Assembly: GCA_963663475.2 (NCBI GenBank)
Contig: CAXXJV010000001.1
Location: 2,752,001 to 2,816,000, forward strand
Length of the DNA stretch: 64,000 nt
Direction: 5' to 3'
Source of the DNA: Candidatus Cloacimonadales bacterium
GTDB lineage: Bacteria > Cloacimonadota > Cloacimonadia > Cloacimonadales > JAFGVF01
The position numbers and the translations under genes are program-made. Positions 29,952-44,359 of the stretch are shown one piece after another. Positions within the stretch are counted from its first letter, which is position 1. Every line of letters starts with the position of its first letter. The notes under the pieces were generated by a model that had not been told where the DNA came from, did no database searches, and saw nothing but the letters and a program-made list of their open reading frames with translations.

Positions 29952-31136
29952 TTAATTTTCTTTAACACTATTTTTTAAATCTTCTATTGTGTCAATAATC
30001 TTGTGAGCTAAGTCAAATTTTGTACCTTTAAATTCTGTTACCGAGCTGGAACTAATTAGGTAAGCAAGGGTATTATCACTCTGAGATACAGAGATGTCAT
30101 TAGCTATTATTAGGTCTAGATTTTTCTTGTGTAATTTTACTTTTGCATTTTCAATAATATTTTCTGATTCTGCAGCAAAGCCAACTAAAATTTGTCCCTC
30201 TCGTTTATTTTCTCCTAAGTAATGTAAAATGTCTTGTGTTCTCTTAAGCTGTAAAGTAAGGTCTCCTGCTTTCTTAATCTTATGATTTTCTTTGTTTACT
30301 GGACTATAATCAGCAACAGCTGCAGACATAATAATAACATCATGTTTATCGGCCTGAGTTTTAACCTTTAAAAACATTTCTTGAGCTGAAAGACTTTCAT
30401 GGGATTGTTCAAGATAATAAGGTACTTCTTGACTAATACGACCATGAATAATTGAGACATTTGCTCCTCTAAGATGAATTGCCCTAGCGAGAGCTATTCC
30501 CATTTTACCAGAAGAGTGGTTACTAATAAAACGCATGGGATCAATTGCTTCTTGACTAGCTCCCAAAGTGACTAAATAATTTCCTCTAAGATTTGCTTTA
30601 TGCTGTAAGTAAGTAATTATAGCTGGAATAATCTCTTCATTGGGTGGATACTTTCCCCTACCTTCATAACCACAAGCAAGCATACCTTTTTCAGGAATCA
30701 AGACATGAATTCCTCTTTCCTGTATTACTTGCAGATTATGCTGAACAGCAAGATTATGATACATATTAACGTTCATAGCTGGAACTACTAAAATAGCTTT
30801 ATGGAAGGCTAACATTGTTGAGCTTGCTAAATCATCAGCAATCCCATTAGCCATCTTTCCAATTATATTAGCAGTTGCAGGAGCTATTACCATTATATCA
30901 GCCCAATCGGCTAAAGTAATATGGGCTATAGGTTCATTTAAATCAAACTGATCTGTGTAAGTTGCTTGACCTGTAATGGCTCTGAAATTTATCTCACTAA
31001 TGAATTCTGTAGCACTTTTTGTTAGAATAGTTCTGACTTGAGCTCCTAATTTCTTTAATCTGCTAGCTAAATCTATAGCCTTATAAGCAGCTATACCACC
31101 AGTAACTATCAAGAGAATTCTTTTATCTTTTAACAT
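29952..31136 (-). CDS. coaBC: Phosphopantothenoylcysteine decarboxylase/ligase CoaBC
   Basis: TGGIAAYK, APATAN, PAMN, LACG..G.G, IDPMRFISNHSSGKMG, VGFAAE. Confidence 0.97.
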   Translation of the reverse strand: MLKDKRILLIVTGGIAAYKAIDLASRLKKLGAQVRTILTKSATEFISEINFRAITGQATYTDQFDLNEPIAHITLADWADIMVIAPATANIIGKMANGIADDLASSTMLAFHKAILVVPAMNVNMYHNLAVQHNLQVIQERGIHVLIPEKGMLACGYEGRGKYPPNEEIIPAIITYLQHKANLRGNYLVTLGASQEAIDPMRFISNHSSGKMGIALARAIHLRGANVSIIHGRISQEVPYYLEQSHESLSAQEMFLKVKTQADKHDVIIMSAAVADYSPVNKENHKIKKAGDLTLQLKRTQDILHYLGENKREGQILVGFAAESENIIENAKVKLHKKNLDLIIANDISVSQSDNTLAYLISSSSVTEFKGTKFDLAHKIIDTIEDLKNSVKEN

Positions 31137-31310
31137 TTTACTTTCCTTTGAAAATTAAGTTTTAATAAGATAAAATTACATTGAGGAATGTCAAGAAGAA
31201 ATTCTGAATCTTTCCTTTCAAACTCTAGGTCTCCTGAAGCCTCAGCAAACATAAGTATTGACAAATAATCTAAAAGATGAGAAAATGCAAAAAAATATAA
31301 GGTTAAGTAG

Positions 31311-34764
<3,454 letters not shown>

Positions 34765-34765
<1 letters not shown>

Positions 34766-35853
34766 TGAGAACTTTAGATAAATACTTAATAAAAGAATTT
34801 CTTAAGACTTTTGTTGTAATGTTCCTAGCTTCATCTGTTTTATTCATTGTTATAGATATTATCGACCAGTTATCTAAAATGTTAAAACATGGAGCAAGTC
34901 TTAATCAAGCGAGTCTCTATTATCTTCTTAGATTACCCTACTTATTAACCTTAACATCTCCCGTGATAATGCTTCTTACAGGATTATTCCTTATGAATAA
35001 TCTAGCCAAGTACAATGAATCAATCGCTGTTAGAGCTGCTGGAATTAGTATTAAAAGAATGCTATTCCCCTTGATAATTATAGGACTTATTGTTAGTATA
35101 ATTATTGGTTGGTTTGGTGATTATGTTTTACCTAAAGCAGAAGAAAGAAGGCAAATACTATATCAAGTTGAAATCAAAGGTGGAGACTTAAGAGATAAGA
35201 TGTTGAGGACTAAAATCTTCTTCCAGGAAGGTGATGATACCCACAATTATGTTGCTTTTTTCAATGGTCATTCTCAAGAGATGAAAGTAGTAGATAAGAC
35301 TATTATCTCGCCTGATTTTTCTTCCATAAGCTATAGAAGTGAAGCAGCGTCTGCAAGTTGGGATAAAGATGAGTGGACATATAATAATCTCTATCAAAGA
35401 GAATTTTCTAATGGTAAGCTAACTAATTATCAATATAGTCCTAGTTTTAAGGGTAAGGTAATGACAATTACTCCCCTAGAGTTTATCCGATCAGGAAAGC
35501 CTACAATGTCTATGAATTATCGTGAGTTAAGTGCTTATATAGATAGATTGAAGAAACTTAATGATAATTATTCTGAAGAATTAGTAGATCTTTACATGAA
35601 AATATCCTTTCCTTTTGCTAATTTGATAATTCTCTTCTTCTCTTTCCCAATTGTATCTAGCTCTACCCGAAGCAAGAATCGAGGCTATATTTTTATGTTA
35701 GGTTTATTGGTTTGTTTTACATTCTTAATTACTTTAGAAATAAGTCGAAGTTTAGGTTATAGTGAAGTAATTAGTCCTTTAACTGCTGCTTGGGCTCCTA
35801 ACGTAATATTTGGGTTGATAGGTCTTTATTTCTTACATAAGGCAGAGGTTTAG
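34765..35853 (+). CDS. lptG: LPS export permease LptF/LptG family (LptG-like)
   Basis: MRTLDKYL, NE..A.RAAGIS, KISFPF, AAWAPN. Confidence 0.82.
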
Positions 35854-37005
35854 ATGAGAATTATAGTAAAAAAGTTTGGTGGAACTTCGGTTGGGGATAT
35901 AAATAAAATCCGTAATATTGCCCTGAGAATAAATCAAGAAATGGAAACAGATTCTTCCTATGTAATAGTAGTCTCAGCTATGGGAGACACAACAGATCAG
36001 CTCACAGATATGGCTTATCAACTAAGTAAAAAGCCATGCAAAAGAGAATTAGACATGCTGCTTACAGCTGGAGAAAGAATATCAATGTCATTGCTATCCA
36101 TAGCATTACAGGAGTTTGGTATTGTTTCCATTTCCTTCACTGGTTCACAGTCTGGCATAATAACAGATTCACATCATGGTAATGCCAGAATAATAGATGT
36201 TACAGCTTTTAGAATAAGAGAAGAGCTGATTAAACATAAAGTAGTTATTGTTGCAGGTTTTCAAGGAGTAAGTAGAGAGAAAGAAGTTACTACCTTAGGA
36301 AGAGGTGGCTCAGATACATCTGCAGTTGCCTTAGCTGCTTATCTTAAAGCAGAAAAGTGTGAAATATACACTGATGTTGATGGTATATATAGCGGGGATC
36401 CAAGAGTAATCAAAGATTACCAGAAGCTTGCTGAGATTTCTTATGATAGCGTTCTTGAAATGGCCTATGGCGGAGCTAAGGTTATACATCCTAGAGCAGT
36501 AGAATTTGCCAAAAAATATAATATACCTTTAGAAGTTAAATCTTCATTCACTTTTAAAACTGGAACTTTTATAATTAAGGAAAAACTTACTATGGAAGAA
36601 AAGAAAATTACCTCTTTAGCCCAAAAAACAGACTTAATAAGGTTCATTGTAGAAGCAGATTCTATCCAACTTCTACATAGTTTAAACCAGGCTAACATAG
36701 ATATTTATGATTTTAATATTAATGGAAACAACACTATTATTGTGCAAAAAGAAGATTATGAAGATAGTCTTGAATCTCTTAAAGGATACAATATTTTAGA
36801 AGCATGCGAGGTGCAGTCAATATCAATAATCGGACATAGAATTATTAATGATATTGACTTCTTAATGCAACTAATTAGAGAAGTAAAAGAACTCGATACT
36901 GAGATTAAAGATATTAAGAAGAATGCTGTAGGTATCAATTTGATAGTTTCCAGCAAAGATATTGATAAACTACTAAACAAATTACATAAAAATTATATAA
37001 ATTAA
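35854..37005 (+). CDS. lysC: Aspartate kinase
   Basis: KKFGGTSV, VSAMG, TTLGRGGSDTSA, YTDVDG..DPR. Confidence 0.93.
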   Translation: MRIIVKKFGGTSVGDINKIRNIALRINQEMETDSSYVIVVSAMGDTTDQLTDMAYQLSKKPCKRELDMLLTAGERISMSLLSIALQEFGIVSISFTGSQSGIITDSHHGNARIIDVTAFRIREELIKHKVVIVAGFQGVSREKEVTTLGRGGSDTSAVALAAYLKAEKCEIYTDVDGIYSGDPRVIKDYQKLAEISYDSVLEMAYGGAKVIHPRAVEFAKKYNIPLEVKSSFTFKTGTFIIKEKLTMEEKKITSLAQKTDLIRFIVEADSIQLLHSLNQANIDIYDFNINGNNTIIVQKEDYEDSLESLKGYNILEACEVQSISIIGHRIINDIDFLMQLIREVKELDTEIKDIKKNAVGINLIVSSKDIDKLLNKLHKNYIN

Positions 37006-37021
37006 TGGAGATAAATGATTA

Positions 37022-39052
37022 ATGAGTAAATATATAGTTACTAGTGCTTTGCCCTATGCTAATGGCAAACTTCATATTGGACATGTTGCAGGAGCATATC
37101 TACCTGCTGATATTTTCGTAAGATACTTAAGATTAAAAGAGGAAGATGTAATTTATATCTGCGGAACTGATGAGCATGGAGCTCCGATATCCATAAAAGC
37201 AGAAAAAGAAGGTGTATCACCTCAGGTTATTGTTGATAGATACCATAAGTCTATTAAAGAGAGTTTTGATGGACTTAACATTAACTTTGACAACTTTTCT
37301 GGAACCTCAAGAAAACCCCACTATGACTTATCTCAACAATTCTTTACAGAACTACTGGAAAATGGATATATTACCAGTAAAATAACTCAACAGTTTTATG
37401 ATGAAGCAGAATCTCGCTTTCTACCTGATAGGTATGTAGAAGGCACTTGTCCTCATTGTGGAGCAGCTGGAGCTCGAGGAGACCAATGTGATGCTTGTGG
37501 CAAGCTTATTGATTCAATAACCCTAATAAATCCTATCAGTAAAGTATCTGGTTCTACGCCAGTGATTAAAGATACAAAGCAGTGGTATTTAGAACTTCCA
37601 AAATTCACAGACCAGCTTAAAGAATGGTTAGATAGCAAAAGTTACTGGAAAGAAAATGTTCGTAACTTTATCTTAAGTTGGCTCAATGAAGGCCTTATTG
37701 AAAGAGCTATTACCCGTGATATTAACTGGGGGGTACCTGTTCCTTTAGAGGAAGCTGAAGGTAAAGTTCTCTATGTATGGTTTGATGCTCCTATTGGTTA
37801 CATTTCATCTACAATCGAATGGGCTCAAAAACAAGGTAAAGCAGACTTATGGAAGGATTACTGGCTAGATAAAGAAACTAAGTTGATTCATTTTATTGGA
37901 AAAGATAATATTCCTTTCCACACTATAATGTGGCCTTCTTTTGTTATGGGACAGAATGAAAATTATGTTCTCCCCCATGATGTTCCTGCTAACGAATATC
38001 TTAATTTAGAAGGTGAAAAAATTTCTACAAGTAGAAATTGGGCTATTTGGGTTGATGAATTCATCAAGTATTTTGATGGAGAATATCTTCGTTATGTTTT
38101 AGCTGTTAATGCTCCAGAAAAACAAGATAATGACTTTTTATGGAAAGATTTTCAAAATAAGATTAATACAGAGCTGAATAATGTACTTGGTAACCTGGCA
38201 AACAGGGTTTTCTCTTTCTCAAAGAAGCATTTCCAAGGACTAGTAGAAAAACCAGCTACATTATCTGATTCATCTCAAGCTGCACTAAAGCAAGCAAATG
38301 ATCTTACCCAGGATATTGATAATTGCTACCAAAGTTATCAAGTGAGAAAAGCAGTTAAAACTATTATGGATATTGCTAGATTAGGTAACAGGTATTTTGA
38401 TGAAAGAGAACCTTGGAAAGCTATAAAAGAAGACAAAACTTCAGTTCAAGAAACCATCTATACTTGTTGTGAAATCTTAAGAATAATCTCTGTAGTTATG
38501 ACTCCTATCCTACCAAATTTCATGTCACAACTTAGAGGAATAATGGGGTTAAGAAAACCAGCTAGCTGGTCTCAACTAGCTTCAGACCCTTACCCTATCC
38601 AGCTAGATAATATCAAAAGAATCTTTCAAAAGGTAGAAGATAATCAGATTGAAGAGCAGTTAAAACTTCTCCAAGAAAATGCCCAAGCTAATAAAGAAGC
38701 AGAAAAGGTAAACTTCAAAGAGCTTAAACCTGAAATTGAGTTTGATGATTTTATGAAACTTGATATCAGAATTGCCAAAATTCTTACAGCTGAGAAAGTG
38801 AAAAAGACTGATAAATTACTGCAGATTACTGCTGATATAGGTGGCAAAAAGATTGAACTAATTGCAGGTCTTGCTAAAGCTTATCAACCAGAAGATATTA
38901 TTAACAAAAAAGTTGTTATGCTTCTCAATTTAAAACCACGCAAAATTAAAGGTGTATTATCGCAAGGTATGATACTTGCTGCTGATGATGGTCAAAATCT
39001 ATCTGTTTTACTTGCTGATAAAGATGTTAAAACAGGTGCTGAAATAGGTTAA
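37022..39052 (+). CDS. metG: Methionine--tRNA ligase with C-terminal tRNA-binding domain
   Basis: ALPYANG.LHIGH, GTDEHG, CPHC..CDAC, YVWFDA, GKDN, KISTS, SQGMILAA. Confidence 0.98.
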   Translation: MSKYIVTSALPYANGKLHIGHVAGAYLPADIFVRYLRLKEEDVIYICGTDEHGAPISIKAEKEGVSPQVIVDRYHKSIKESFDGLNINFDNFSGTSRKPHYDLSQQFFTELLENGYITSKITQQFYDEAESRFLPDRYVEGTCPHCGAAGARGDQCDACGKLIDSITLINPISKVSGSTPVIKDTKQWYLELPKFTDQLKEWLDSKSYWKENVRNFILSWLNEGLIERAITRDINWGVPVPLEEAEGKVLYVWFDAPIGYISSTIEWAQKQGKADLWKDYWLDKETKLIHFIGKDNIPFHTIMWPSFVMGQNENYVLPHDVPANEYLNLEGEKISTSRNWAIWVDEFIKYFDGEYLRYVLAVNAPEKQDNDFLWKDFQNKINTELNNVLGNLANRVFSFSKKHFQGLVEKPATLSDSSQAALKQANDLTQDIDNCYQSYQVRKAVKTIMDIARLGNRYFDEREPWKAIKEDKTSVQETIYTCCEILRIISVVMTPILPNFMSQLRGIMGLRKPASWSQLASDPYPIQLDNIKRIFQKVEDNQIEEQLKLLQENAQANKEAEKVNFKELKPEIEFDDFMKLDIRIAKILTAEKVKKTDKLLQITADIGGKKIELIAGLAKAYQPEDIINKKVVMLLNLKPRKIKGVLSQGMILAADDGQNLSVLLADKDVKTGAEIG

Positions 39053-39062
39053 TGTCTAAAAA

Positions 39063-40232
39063 ATGAATATCCTAATGGTCTTAGAAACTGCATTCCCACC
39101 TGATTTACGGGTTGAGAATGAAATAGATGCATTGCTTGCAGCAGGACATCAAGTTACTATCATAGCTGGCTTTAGACAGAAGTTAGAAAAGTATGCTTCT
39201 TATGGCCAGGCTAGAATCATTAGGGTATTCATTCCAATTTTCATCTATAAAAGTTCAATCGGCTGTTTAAATTTTCCCTTCTACTTTAATTTTTGGCAAA
39301 AAATAATCAAAGAGGAGTTACTTACAGGTCACTATGATGCGGTTCATGTTCATGATCTCCCTCTTAGTCAAGTTGTGATAAATTTAAGAACACAGCTAAC
39401 AAAGACATTTTTTATTACCCTTGACCTACATGAGAATTATCCTGATATGCTCAAAATAGCTAAACATACTAATTCTTTTTTAGGAAAGTTATTCTTTAGT
39501 TATAAGCAGTGGTTAGCTTATGAATCAAAAATGGTTGAGCAAGTTGATAAAGTGATCACAGTTGTAGAAGAAATGAGAGAGAGAGTCATCTCACTTGGAG
39601 TAAGTCCTGAAAAAGTAACAGTAGTCTCCAACACCTTCAATTCTGCTAAATTTACTCAAGCTATTAGACAGAAAAGCCAAGATAGTTTTATCCTTTTTTA
39701 TGGTGGTGGGGTTACTATTGATAGAGGACTTCAATTTGTAATACCTGCATTGCCTAAACTTGCTGACAAGATACCAGAGTTAAAAGTCTGGATTGTTGGT
39801 GATGGTTCCTATCTAAATGATTTGAAAATATTGGCAGCTAAGCATAAGGTTGAAGATTTTCTTACTTTTTATGGAAGACAAAGCTTTACTAAACTCTTAG
39901 AACTCTTAGGAAAAGCAAACATAGCTCTTATTCCTCATATCAAATCACCTCAAACTGAATCTGGTTTACCACATAAACTCTTTCAATATATGGTAACGGG
40001 CATACCAATTGTAGCATCTAACTGCTCACCCTTTATAAGAGTCTTAGGAGATAACCAAGCTGGACTTATCTATAAATATGATGATATAAATGACTTTAGT
40101 AAATCAATCTTAAAATTGTATTCTGATCCTAACTTATCAGATGATTTAACTAAAAAAGCTAAACAAATCTTGCAAGAAAAGTACTTATGGGAATATGATG
40201 CTGAAAGATTAGTTAAGATTTATAAGAAATGA
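39063..40232 (+). CDS. GT4-family glycosyltransferase
   Basis: PDLRV..E, HVHDL, DLHE, P.KLFQYM..G.PIVAS. Confidence 0.88.
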   Translation: MNILMVLETAFPPDLRVENEIDALLAAGHQVTIIAGFRQKLEKYASYGQARIIRVFIPIFIYKSSIGCLNFPFYFNFWQKIIKEELLTGHYDAVHVHDLPLSQVVINLRTQLTKTFFITLDLHENYPDMLKIAKHTNSFLGKLFFSYKQWLAYESKMVEQVDKVITVVEEMRERVISLGVSPEKVTVVSNTFNSAKFTQAIRQKSQDSFILFYGGGVTIDRGLQFVIPALPKLADKIPELKVWIVGDGSYLNDLKILAAKHKVEDFLTFYGRQSFTKLLELLGKANIALIPHIKSPQTESGLPHKLFQYMVTGIPIVASNCSPFIRVLGDNQAGLIYKYDDINDFSKSILKLYSDPNLSDDLTKKAKQILQEKYLWEYDAERLVKIYKK

Positions 40233-40290
40233 CTTGACATAATTAGCCGAACAATTAAGCTATACTTAAAATTCTAAGGAAATAATTAAA

Positions 40291-41490
40291 ATGAGTAATA
40301 TTTCAAAAAGGTTAAAATCAACTTATCTAAATGAATTATTTAATGAAGATCGATTAGCTTTATATTCACATATACAAGCTAACAAAGATAATAAAATCAT
40401 GAAGCACTATTTAGATAGTGCTAACTTAAGTGATTATTACCCACAAAATTACTTATTCGACAATGAAAATGATCAAGCATTACTAGATACTCTTAAGTAT
40501 GAATTTAACAATAATGTCCCATTTCCACCACCATTTCATTCAAAATTCACATTTATTGATTTATTTGCTGGAATAGGAGGATTTAGGATTGCAATGCAAA
40601 ATCTCGGTGGAAAAAGTGTTTTCAGCAGTGAATGGAATATATCATCAAAAAAAACATATTTTGCTAATTATGGAGAAATCCCTTTTGGTGACATCACAAA
40701 GAAACGAACAAAAAGTTTAATTCCTAAGACTTTTGATATTCTTTGTGGTGGTTTCCCCTGCCAAGCTTTTTCAATAGCTGGTAAAAGAAAAGGTTTTGAA
40801 GACTCTAGAGGAACATTATTTTTTGATGTTGAACAAATCATTGCAAAGCATCGCCCCAAAGCCTTTTTATTGGAAAATGTTAAAAATTTAATTTCCCATG
40901 ATAAAGGCAATACTTTTACGACAATCAAAAATATTATTTCTAATAAACTTGGTTACATTCTATTCTATAAAGTTTTAAATAGTATGGAGTATGCCAATAT
41001 TCCACAAAATAGAGAACGTATCTTTTTAGTAGGATTTGACCCAAAACAAGTTTCAAATTTTGAAGATTTTAGATTTCCTACCAAACTACCATTAACAAAG
41101 AAAATATCAGATATGATTTCCCCCGAAAGACAAGCTGATATTTATTATTATGATGAAGATCATAGGTATTATAAAGAGTTGGATAAAACCATGAATGATC
41201 CTGATACTATTTATCAATGGCGCCGAGTATATGTGAGAGCTAACAAAAGTAATGTTTGCCCAACTTTAACCGCAAACATGGGAACTGGCGGTCATAATGT
41301 TCCACTTATAAGAGATAATTTCGGGATTAGAAAGTTAACACCTAGAGAGTGTTTAAACTTTCAAGGATTCCCTGACAATTTTAATCTACCCAATATCGCT
41401 AATAGCAAATTATATCTTCAGGCAGGAAATTCTGTGACAATGCCATTAATCAAACGTATTGGAGAACAGATAATAAAGGTGATATTATGA
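40291..41490 (+). CDS. DNA (cytosine-5)-methyltransferase
   Basis: FIDLFAGIGG, GGFPCQAFS, ENVKNL, QNRER, TRD QWRR.YVR.NKS..CPTLTANMG.GGHNVP, QAGNSV. Confidence 0.96.
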   Translation: MSNISKRLKSTYLNELFNEDRLALYSHIQANKDNKIMKHYLDSANLSDYYPQNYLFDNENDQALLDTLKYEFNNNVPFPPPFHSKFTFIDLFAGIGGFRIAMQNLGGKSVFSSEWNISSKKTYFANYGEIPFGDITKKRTKSLIPKTFDILCGGFPCQAFSIAGKRKGFEDSRGTLFFDVEQIIAKHRPKAFLLENVKNLISHDKGNTFTTIKNIISNKLGYILFYKVLNSMEYANIPQNRERIFLVGFDPKQVSNFEDFRFPTKLPLTKKISDMISPERQADIYYYDEDHRYYKELDKTMNDPDTIYQWRRVYVRANKSNVCPTLTANMGTGGHNVPLIRDNFGIRKLTPRECLNFQGFPDNFNLPNIANSKLYLQAGNSVTMPLIKRIGEQIIKVIL

Positions 41491-42617
41491 TTTTTGAACC
41501 TACCTCAGATGATTACAATAAATATATTAGTTTTTTGGAGATTATGTCAAAACTTTCAAGACTTTTTAGTGAGAGTGATATTCCTTTCATAAATTATAGG
41601 TTTGCCGAGAATTTATTTTGCAGGTGTTTTAATGCTGAAAACTTATCCCGATCAGATACTGCCTTTGATGCTAAAATTAACACACTTGGAATTGGTATAA
41701 AGACCTTTACAATTCCCAATAAATCAAGTTATGAAAAAATAGCAGAATTCAACAAACTATCAAGTCATCTAAAACTTCTCAAACCTCATGAATTAGCTCA
41801 TTCCTTATCAGTATTCAGAAATGAAAGAATATCTTTGGCAAAAAGAATATATGGGATTTCTGAATCAATTTATCACATAGTTGCAAGACAAAAATCTAAA
41901 ATCATTCTTTTTGAAACAGATTACTCACAAATAGATTTGAATAATGTTAGTGATATTAATTCAACCGATAAATCTTTATTTTTTCATGATAATATAAATT
42001 GTTACAAGTACTCTTATTCAAAAAGCACTTTATATAGAAAGTTCATTTTACCAGATAATACAATATCTATTGATATAAACATTCTTAAAGATCCATTTGA
42101 ACTTTTATCTGAACTGAGTAATATTATTAAACAGAGAGATTTAATACCAGCAACTGAAGCATCAAGTTTCGTTATATTACCCTTATATGGCAGAGGCAGA
42201 AAGGTATATGAAAAAAGTGGATTGAACCAATGGAATGCTAAAGGAAGGATTAGAAATATTGGTGAGTTATATATTCCTATACCAAGTATAATACATAAAT
42301 ACTTTCCAGATTTCTTTCCAAGCAAAAATGAAACATTCGATCTTAAAATACCTACTGGAGAAATTTTTAGTGCAAAAATATGCCAAGATAATGGAAAAGC
42401 ATTGATGACAAATCCCAATAAGCAACTCTCAGATTGGTTATTAAGAAATATTTTACAATTACGCGAAAAAGAATTAGCAACAATTGAAAAACTTGATCTT
42501 TTAGGTTTCGATAGCGTAATTATAAACAAAATTGATCATAATAAATTTACAATTGACATTATGAAAACTGGTAGTTATGAAAAATTCATTGCTTCTCAGG
42601 TTGATAAATCCCTTTAA
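41487..42617 (+). CDS. Type II restriction endonuclease (NgoFVII-like)
   Basis: ATGA overlap with the MTase; SRSD.AFDAK..GIGIKTF, EKIAEFN, KSGLNQWNAKGR.R...E.YIPIP, Q.NGKALMTNPN. Confidence 0.75.
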   Translation: MIFEPTSDDYNKYISFLEIMSKLSRLFSESDIPFINYRFAENLFCRCFNAENLSRSDTAFDAKINTLGIGIKTFTIPNKSSYEKIAEFNKLSSHLKLLKPHELAHSLSVFRNERISLAKRIYGISESIYHIVARQKSKIILFETDYSQIDLNNVSDINSTDKSLFFHDNINCYKYSYSKSTLYRKFILPDNTISIDINILKDPFELLSELSNIIKQRDLIPATEASSFVILPLYGRGRKVYEKSGLNQWNAKGRIRNIGELYIPIPSIIHKYFPDFFPSKNETFDLKIPTGEIFSAKICQDNGKALMTNPNKQLSDWLLRNILQLREKELATIEKLDLLGFDSVIINKIDHNKFTIDIMKTGSYEKFIASQVDKSL

Positions 42618-43509
42618 AATATACTAAAACAGCATATAAAGCGTGACCAAATCTTTTCCGTCTAATATTCTCCCAAACAACTTTAAGTAACTTACCAGTA
42701 GAAAACTTCCATGTTAATCTGCAATCAATACAGGCGGGATTAGAGCAGAAAAAGAATTTTGGATTCTGCTTACCGGCAGCTACTTCCCAATCGAAAGTTT
42801 TCTTCATATCAGTCACTATAATTTCCCCATTACCTACTTTGCCCTGATAAAGAATACAAGCTTGCTTTTCATATTGAGGAATTAGTCTGTTAAAACCTTC
42901 TTCACAACCTCCAGCCCAATTAATTAGGAAAAGCTTAACTTGATTATCTTGTAAATAATGCACTCCATACTTGAGTCTTTTCTGTTGCAACCCCAGCTCC
43001 CCAATAGCAAGATGACAGGTACCCAGTCCCTTAGTTTTACCAGGAAAGCCTATTCGAACCTTTTTACCACCCATTTCAGTCATTCTTCTCAGAACATCAT
43101 AAGCGTAGTCATCTGGACTATGGTTATTGGCTAATTTATCGGCATATTTACCTAGAATAGCGAATTTTTGAATAGGGTGATTACTTCTTCTTACTTGTGG
43201 ATAAGCTAGCATTGCATTAGCTATAGCTCCAGCATAGGAAGGTGTTTGGGCATGTGTTAAATAGATATTTTTCTTGAGGTAGCGGTATGGTTTCACACTT
43301 ACAAATGAATCAGTGATAAGCGTACCTTCATCTCCTACTACATGGAGAAAGGCATCAATAACAGTTCTAGCTCCCCCCTGTACCCAACCAATGGATTTGA
43401 GGGATATTTTTAAATTTAAAATATCACCTTTCTGGATACCTGCTTTTTTTATATCAGCAATCAACATTTCTTTGCTTATCTCAGTCTGCTTATCCATAAT
43501 CCTAGCCAT
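42586..43509 (-). CDS. AAC(3)/YokD-family N-acetyltransferase
   Basis: GIQKGD.L....SL..IGWV.GG...VIDA....VG.EGTL, RRSNHP. Confidence 0.8.
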   Translation of the reverse strand: MARIMDKQTEISKEMLIADIKKAGIQKGDILNLKISLKSIGWVQGGARTVIDAFLHVVGDEGTLITDSFVSVKPYRYLKKNIYLTHAQTPSYAGAIANAMLAYPQVRRSNHPIQKFAILGKYADKLANNHSPDDYAYDVLRRMTEMGGKKVRIGFPGKTKGLGTCHLAIGELGLQQKRLKYGVHYLQDNQVKLFLINWAGGCEEGFNRLIPQYEKQACILYQGKVGNGEIIVTDMKKTFDWEVAAGKQNPKFFFCSNPACIDCRLTWKFSTGKLLKVVWENIRRKRFGHALYAVLVYFKGIYQPEKQ

Positions 43510-43546
43510 TATATTTTAAATAAATTCTAGTTTTCACTTTTAAAAC

Positions 43547-44008
43547 TTAAATATTTCTTTTAGGAACTAGAACATTTCTACGGAAAGTAAGAACTAGATC
43601 ATTGTTTTGATTATAGGCTTTAGTTTCAACATAGACAATCCCTCTATCTCTTTTAGATTTAGATTCTCTAACAGATAATACTTCTGTCTCGGCATAAAGG
43701 GTATCTCCTACAAAAACAGGACCATTATGCATAATATTCTCATAATTAAGATTAGCAATAGCCTTACCTGAAATATCAGGAACAGTCATGCCCACAACCA
43801 GAGAAAAGACTAGGGTTCCGACAACTAGGATTTTACCATGTTGCTGGCCATTAGCATAATCTTGATTAAGATGAACTGGATGGTGGTTCATAGTAAGCAG
43901 AGAAAATAAGTTATTATCTGATTCGAAGATTGTCTTGGATAGGGCATGTTTAATTTTACAAGCAACTTCAAAATCTTCAAAGTAATTACCAAAAGTTGAT
44001 TCAATCAT
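43547..44008 (-). CDS. MaoC-family (hotdog) dehydratase
   Basis: G.YFEDF, DN..F..LTMN.HP.H, PVFVGDTLYAETEV, RGIV. Confidence 0.9.
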   Translation of the reverse strand: MIESTFGNYFEDFEVACKIKHALSKTIFESDNNLFSLLTMNHHPVHLNQDYANGQQHGKILVVGTLVFSLVVGMTVPDISGKAIANLNYENIMHNGPVFVGDTLYAETEVLSVRESKSKRDRGIVYVETKAYNQNNDLVLTFRRNVLVPKRNI

Positions 44009-44184
44009 ATTTACCTCATTTTTCTTTTTTTTACAAGTTATAATAAAGCTAAAAATTATTCAAGTAAAAATTTGATTATTTAGCTATTCATCCTAAAGCC
44101 AGAATATTGAGTCTTTGCAAAACATTAATATTTTGGTTCAGGTTGGAAGGAAATCCTGTGCAGCTACCTGTAGCATGATTTATT

Positions 44185-44241
44185 CTTCCTTTACAGTCTT
44201 TCGATGAAAGTCCGTGTTTCATCGAAAGACTGTAAAGGAAG
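44185..44241. repeat. Long perfect palindrome, copy 3 of 3
   Basis: CTTCCTTTACAGTCTTTCGATGAAA-gtccgtg-TTTCATCGAAAGACTGTAAAGGAAG; 25-bp arms. Confidence 0.95.
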
Positions 44242-44359
44242 GATCAAGCATGATTAGGGGATGGATAAGAAAAAAATTAGGAGGATGTTAGCTTGAGAGA
44301 TTATCTGGAATAAATTTTGGAGACCAGACTTCCTCAGCCGTAGGCAAGGGACTTCGGGT

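Noticed and set aside
42014-42529. 171-aa antisense ORF and the other short antisense or nested ORFs in the track
   Set aside because: They are shadows of well-supported genes and carry no motifs of their own.
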